Source: Octopus sinensis (lineage: Eukaryota). Taken from it: 64,000 nucleotides of DNA. The translations under genes were made by a program, and so were the position numbers. The DNA is taken from NCBI RefSeq assembly GCF_006345805.1, contig NC_043008.1, positions 21,948,001 to 22,012,000 on the forward strand, read 5' to 3'. Positions 14,538 through 64,000 of this stretch are shown piece by piece (the first letter of the stretch is position 1; the number at the start of each line of letters is the position of its first letter). The notes below the pieces were generated by a model. It did not search any database. It was not told the DNA's origin and was given only the letters and a program-made list of their open reading frames with translations.

Positions 14538-14670
14538 GATCGCTAGCCACTACACATTCTTTCTGTGGAAGGGCATAGGCTTGAAACGTTAAAGACATTT
14601 TCACTTCCCAAGCGTTAAACTAATACATCTGTTTGTTGTCACCACCACCTGTCTTCGTCTTTTGTATTTT
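14538..14670 (+). mobile_element. Penelope-like terminal repeat fragment with minimal hammerhead-like motif
   Basis: TCTTT-CTGTGGA-A-GGGC-ATAG-GCTT-GAAACGTT-AAAGA at 14558-14595, followed by a TA tract. Confidence 0.55.
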
Positions 14671-14679
14671 TGTAAATTC

Positions 14680-15313
14680 TCCCTCTATATATATATATAA
14701 TATACATATATGTATATATGTATATATGTATATATGTTAATATTATATATATATATATATAGTATTATATATATACATATATGTATATATATAATATACA
14801 TATATATGTATATATGATATATGTATATATGTTATATATATATATATATATATATATAGTATTATATATATACATATGTATATATATAATATACATATAT
14901 ATGTATATATGTTATATATGTATATATGTTATATATATATATATAATATATATTATATATATATACATATATGTATATATATAATATACATATATATGTA
15001 TATATGTTATATATGTATATATGTTATATATATATATATATATATATATAGTATTATATATATACATATATGTATATATATAATATACATATATATATGT
15101 ATATATGTTATATATGTATATATGTTATATATATATATATATATATATAGTATTATATAACATATATGTATATATATAATATACATATATGTATATATGT
15201 TATTATGTATATATGTTATATATATATATATATATAGTATATATATATACATATATGTATATATATACATATATATATATTCATACATGTATATATATAT
15301 ATATATATATACA

Positions 15314-15355
<42 letters not shown>

Positions 15356-15370
15356 TATGATTATATATAT
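14680..15370. repeat. Compound (TA)n array with ~97-bp higher-order period
   Basis: AGTATTATATATATACATATATG recurs near 14761, 14858, 15050 and 15148. Confidence 0.8.
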
Positions 15371-15403
15371 ATATGAACACACATATACACTCATATGCAA
15401 AGG

Positions 15404-15442
<39 letters not shown>

Positions 15443-16227
15443 ACACACACAAACACAGGTAACAGTATTTCTCTCTCACATTATTTTTGCATTATTAGTG
15501 TTGTTTTTTTTATTCTTTTCATTATTGTTTTCACTCTTGTTATTCTTGTTAATTTTATCTCTTTTGAAAATTTTTCCTTTTCTGTTTTTCTCTTTTCTTT
15601 CCTGTTTAATCCCCCACGCCCACCTCTGCTCCCGCCCCGAACACCTACGCCTTATTGCAGATCCCCAAATTATCTCAGTTTAGTATTCGTTATCACGCTT
15701 GTAGTATTAATGAAAACGCTTAAACCAGAGCTGAGAAGCTATCGCAGATTATGATAACATAAACACGCAACTCCAACAAATTGGCTGCTTTAAAGATTAC
15801 AGCCAGATCAGGGACTTTTAATTGATTTATTTAATGCTTAACAAATAAATCACACACTCACACACACACAGATGTATTGGTGTATGTGTCTATATATATG
15901 TTTATAGGCACAGGAATGGCTACGTGGTAGGATGTTTGCTTCCCAGTCAAACGGTTCCAGGTTCAGTTCCATTGCATGGTACATAAGGCAAGTGCTTTTT
16001 ACTACAGTTCTGGGTAACTAAAACCTTCTGAGTTCAGTGTTTTAAATTTGGGTTTTGTTCTCATTAACAGGTGTGGTCGGATCTGCCTCAGTGCCATAGC
16101 AACCGAGGTTGATTAGAGGTTATGTTAACCACATGAGGGGATGGTTGTATCCAAGGAAATACTGGTTCAGTTCCTAGTATTTTGGGGGGAATTAAATTTT
16201 CTTGAAACAATAGGTATATATATATAT

Positions 16228-16575
16228 AAAAAGGAAATGAAGAAAATGCTGACAAAATAATTTAAGTAAGGGAGAGTGTATTTAATTAGGTGAAAGTTCT
16301 TTTTTTAAACAAAAAAAGAGAAAAATTGGGTTAGAATACAATGTTCATTTTTTGTGAATGATTTCAGTGAATAAGAAAAAAAGTAAGAGTCTTTTACAGT
16401 GTTCTGTTTCAGAATAAGATATTTATACACTGAAATCATTCACAAAAAATGGACATTGTATTCTAACCCAATTTTTCTCTTTTTTTTTTTGTTTAAAAAA
16501 AGAACTTTCACCTAATTAAATACACTCTCCCTTACTTAAATTATTTTGTCAGCATTTTCTTCATTTCCTTTTTTT
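16228..16575. repeat. Inverted repeat, ~147-bp near-identical arms, ~48-nt spacer
   Basis: 16228-16374 is the reverse complement of 16423-16575 with few differences. Confidence 0.9.
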
Positions 16576-16644
16576 CATATATCACAACTCGTGTTCCACA
16601 TCTCCTTTTTTAAATATATACATATATATATATATAGCATATAG

Positions 16645-17148
16645 TTTATATCCATTTAAATCAACAAAAGAAAAATGGAGAGAAGGAAATTGATAATTGT
16701 TCATTATTAACAACAAATTGGTTGTCTTTGCTTCTTACGGCTGTTTCAATTAATACTAAATAATTGAATTCCAAATTTGTACATTGAATTTACATTTATG
16801 TAACATGAGTATAATTCTATCAGAAAAAGAGAAAAAAAAGATGTATCTTTGGATGTTATGTGTGGGTTTATTAATTCATTTCAGCAGACCATCAATTCAT
16901 TTTAGCATACTCTGCTGAAATGAATTGATAAGCCCACACATAACATCCAAAAGCACATGTTTTATTTTCTCTGATGAAATTATACACATGTCACATAAAT
17001 GTAAATTTAGTGTACAAACTTGTAATTAAATTATTGAATATTAATTGAAACAGCTGTAAAAAGCGAAGGCGACCAATTTGTTGTTAATAAGGAACAATTA
17101 GTAACTGCCTAATCTCCATTTTCTTTTCTTCTCTTAAGTGGATATAAA
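16645..17148. repeat. Diverged inverted repeat, ~240-bp arms, ~23-nt spacer
   Basis: 16645-16888 versus 16912-17148, roughly 80-85% identical by eye. Confidence 0.85.
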
Positions 17149-17170
17149 TTATAAATATATATATATATAT

Positions 17171-17322
17171 AACAACTTATAAACAAGGGCAAAAGAAAAA
17201 TTATACACATCGTGTATTTATAGTGAGTGTATAATGAAATGTGGAAATTGATGATTTAAAAGTCTGTTATCAGTATATTGGCATGGAAATAATTTTTCTT
17301 TTGCCCTTGTTTATAAGTTGTT
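17171..17322. mobile_element. 152-bp MITE with perfect 33-bp TIRs in TA context
   Basis: AACAACTTATAAACAAGGGCAAAAGAAAAATTA at 17171-17203 and its exact reverse complement at 17290-17322. Confidence 0.8.
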
Positions 17323-17409
17323 TATAATTTTAACCTTTAAAGGTATTTTAATATGCTGCCACTTTTTGATGAAATTTTTTTCTGAAAAACATTTCATCCT
17401 ATATTAATA

Positions 17410-17458
<49 letters not shown>

Positions 17459-17479
17459 TATATAATATATATATAAAAT

Positions 17480-17511
<32 letters not shown>

Positions 17512-17639
17512 TATATATAGGTAGGGCTGTAATAAGTTTGCCTCCATTTCCATTTTAACATATGATGAAATTCTGAACTTCTTTTTTACAACAATGCTAA
17601 ACTTTCATGTTCAACCAAAAATATATCCTGTTTTACATT

Positions 17640-18095
17640 TTAACCTTTTTGATACCAACCCATTCGAGGCTGCTCCTCTTTCTATAATATACACTCCCTG
17701 TTTTAACCCTTTCACATTTAAATTCATCATATCTGACCCATATATTTTATGCATTTTATGTTTAAACTGGCCAGATAGAGCCTCTCACACCTACCCTACA
17801 ATGTAATTCTAAAGATAAATAATTACATCACCAAAATCACAAAGCTATGAGGTTAAGCAGGATTCATTCAAAACAATGAATAAATAAGGAATATATTTGA
17901 TAGAATAATTTGAATATTAAAGGGTTAAGGCAATCTAAATGAAAGCCTTCCTTTGAAATTTAATATTAATTTATATTCCAAACCTCAGTTCAATATTGAC
18001 AAAATTATTTTACTAAATCCTTCAATATTTTCAAAATTAATTGAAGCGAAGGAAGTGTATTTCGACAGAAATACGATAAAAGAAAATGGGGTTAA
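17640..18095. mobile_element. piggyBac-like MITE family 2 with a family 1 MITE nested at 17703-17928
   Basis: Outer ends TTAACC...GGGGTTAA; inner TTAACCCTTT...AAAGGGTTAA with duplicated TTAA. Confidence 0.75.
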
Positions 18096-18655
18096 TAATG
18101 GCTGCATATATTAATCTCCCTCTAAGCCTCCATTTTAACATACTTAAACCTTGTTTAATCTAATCAGTGATTAATTTTAATGTGAAATTAATTATGAAAA
18201 CACCTCTAACGAACAAACACGATGTGATAACAGTCTTAATTGACCATCTCATAAATGTTAATTGAATAAACTGAATTATTAAAATATACAATAAACAGTT
18301 TACTGAAACCAATTTAATTACCATTTAATTATTAGTACTTCATTTATTAATACCCGGAAGAATAAACGGAAAATTCACCCCAGGAAGGAATTTAACTGAG
18401 AATTTTGAGGTTCCAAGTAACAAAGTAAACATGTCAAATATCTGGTTCTATCCTCTATAATGTATACCCTTTGTTCTGTGTTCCAATATAAATCTTTTAT
18501 GTGCTTTGATATTAATCAATTATATGCTAATTGATTAATTGTACAGATATAATGTGATTGGATGCAGTGTTAAAAAAAAGAAAGGATTACCTGTTTTGGC
18601 CCTTAATGCAAAGAAATGCTACTGAGGATTTTCTGTGTGCTAATGATTCTGTTGT

Positions 18656-18945
18656 GGAAGCGCAATGACCCAGTGGTTAGGGCAACGAACTCGCAATCGA
18701 GGATCGCAGTTCGGTTCCCAGACCGGGCGTTGTATGTGTTTATTCAGGAAAACACCTAAAGCTCCATGAGGCTCCGGCAGGGGATGGTGGTGACCCCTAT
18801 TGTACTCTTTCACCCCAACTTTCTCTCACTCTTTCTTCCTGTTTCTTGAGTAATGCTGCGATGGACTGGTGTCCTGTCCAGCTGGGGGAACATATACACC
18901 ACAGAAACTGGGAAACCAGGCCCACGAGCCTGGCTAGGCTTGAAA
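18656..18945 (+). mobile_element. tRNA-derived SINE family C (V-domain-like GCTGCGATGGACTGG...TCCAG segment)
   Basis: A-box CCCAGTGGTTAG, B-box GTTCGGTTCC. Related copies at 25222-25461 (-), 26537-26745 (+), 6497-6780 (-), 42680-42960 (+) and 60500-60770 (+). Confidence 0.8.
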
Positions 18946-19384
18946 AATGTAGGTACATAAATAGAAAATAAATGATTCTGTCAGCTTGCTCCCTTACTGA
19001 AAATGTTTCATAATTTTATTATAAATAAGAAGGATTAATAAAATAAGGTAACAAGAATTTTCCATAGGTTTCTACTTTTTTTTTCTTTTTCATGAAATTT
19101 TAACTTCAAAATACAATGTTTGTTTTCAACTTTCTATGTGAATGGCTCCAGTGATTTTTTTGTTTGGAACTTTAATGGTCCATGGAATAAAAACAAAAAC
19201 AGAAAAAAAAGCAGTTATATGAACTGTTGGTATAGAGTATTACATTCTTAAATATTTCATTAATTAAAATTAATCACCTAAATTCAAGGAGACTAGGTAT
19301 TGTTTTTTATTTAGTTCATACAACCCTTTACAGGTCCCGAGGGGCTGAACTCCACTAAAGGTACCTAAGGTCAAAGGAGTAATA

Positions 19385-19985
19385 TTAACCAATTAACATT
19401 CAGATTCTCTGTTAAATGTAATGCCTATTTATTCATATTGGTTTTGAATTAATCATGGATTATTTTGTAGCTTTAAGATTGCAATGATGTGATTGCATAT
19501 TTTCAGAATGACATCATAGGGTATGCCCAGATTTAATATAGGCGTAGGAGTGGCTGTGTGGTAAGTAGCTTGCTTACCAGCCACATGGTTCCGGGTTCAG
19601 TCCCACTGTGTGGCACCTTGTCTTCTACTATAGCGTCAGGCCGACCAAAGACTTGTGAGTGGATTTGGTAGACAGAAACCGAAAGAAGCCCATCGTATAT
19701 ATGTATATATGTGTGTATGTGTGTGTGTATATGTTTGTGTGTCTGTGTTTGTACCCCCAGCATCGCCTGACAACCGATGCTGGTGTGTTTACATCTCTGT
19801 AATGTAGTGGTTCAGCAAAAGAGACTGATAGAATAAGTACTAGGCTTACAAAGAATAAGTCGATTTGCTCGACTAAAGGCGGTGCTCCAGCATGGCCGCA
19901 GTCAAATGACTGAAACAAATTAGAGAGATAAAATGAAATAGAATATTTGGGCTAGATATGGCCAGTTTCATTGCTAAAGAGTTAA
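19385..19985. mobile_element. piggyBac-like MITE family 1 interrupted by SINE A
   Basis: TTAACC at 19385, AAAGAGTTAA at 19985; homologous in reverse to 17703-17928. Confidence 0.7.
19538..19925 (+). mobile_element. SINE family A inserted into a TTAA MITE
   Basis: Full head-to-tail match; MITE sequence continues on both sides. Confidence 0.85.
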
Positions 19986-20090
19986 ATCTTGTAGATGGAT
20001 CAACTCTGCTACCCAAACTTGCCCATAGCAAAAATGGAACTGGGAACAAAAGAACAAGACAAAATTCCACAAAGTACTTTGTCTGCTATG

Positions 20091-62861
<42,771 letters not shown>

Positions 62862-63066
62862 AAATAATTGTATCTCAATTATCAATAATTGTATCTAAAT
62901 TTGAAGGCACTGGAAAACATCACTTCACCTAACGGTATCAGAGAGATCATATTCCGTGTTAGTGCCGCTAAATTTGCCCTCCAGCGTGTTACCAAAGTAA
63001 GATGCAACAGTTTTTTTCTGGGAGAAAATACCATTATCAATAATAACAAATATATATATATATTTG

Positions 63067-63111
<45 letters not shown>

Positions 63112-63260
63112 ATAGATTAGATAGATACACACACACACACATATATATATACATATATATACATATATTATTTTAAATAGTTTGGCTTCATTCCATTTTA
63201 AATAATACATGTAACTTCTTCAAAATGTGGTGAGTGCCCTTTTCTTTCATTTATCCATTC

Positions 63261-63298
<38 letters not shown>

Positions 63299-64000
63299 CA
63301 CACACACACACACATAGTATATACACATGTATGTATGTAAGTATGGATGAATGGATGGATGGATGTATACATATATATATATATATGCATCTTATGTATA
63401 TATGTATATGCATATATATATGTACATACATACTTATATATGTATGTGTGTGTCTATGTGTGAGTGTATGTGTGTGTGTGTGTGGTGTGTGTGTGTACGT
63501 ATATACATACTGGTGAAATAAATGTGGCTGCAAACTTGAAATGAGCCGCGTGAAATAGATTCAAACAGAAACCTAACGAAGGCAATTCTCATTCTGATCT
63601 CTGCCATATGGGTCACTTGAAATTATATTTGCATTTAATATTTGAAAACATTTTTAGTATATATTTGACCTACCTTTAGGCATAATTAAATATACATACA
63701 CACACACACACATGTATATAAACAATATAAACAAAAACACACACACATATATGTATATATATATATATTTATATACATATGTATATATATAAATATATAT
63801 AAATATAAATATGTACATATATATATACATACATATATATAGAACTATATATGTATAAATGTATAAATTTGTGTATGTGTGTGCGTGGCGTGTGCATTTC
63901 TGTATATATATATATGTACATTATATATGTATATAAATGCACATGCACACACAATATTTATACATATATAGTTCTATATATACGTATATGTATATATAAT

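Overview
AT-rich eukaryotic genomic DNA dominated by microsatellites, tRNA-derived SINEs, LINE fragments and MITEs. The repeat content looks like a coleoid cephalopod, probably Octopus (inference, not a database result). Almost all ORFs in the track are repeat artefacts. Reading splice sites by hand gives a minus-strand gene model of 12 very short exons (15-91 nt; 579 coding nt over ~43 kb, 62,861->20,091). The exons join in frame into a 192-aa protein I cannot name. The 3' half of the model (39,150->20,091) is better supported than the 5' half. The window also holds: at least seven long hairpins made of unrelated sequences; many local tandem duplications, two copying exon sequence; two R4/Dong-like (TAA)n-associated LINE families; a 143-bp satellite built from a CR1 3' end; SINE multimers with recurrent junctions; two degenerate minimal hammerhead-like motifs; nested TTAA MITEs; and a short Helitron. 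Repeat coordinates are approximate. Nothing was checked against databases.
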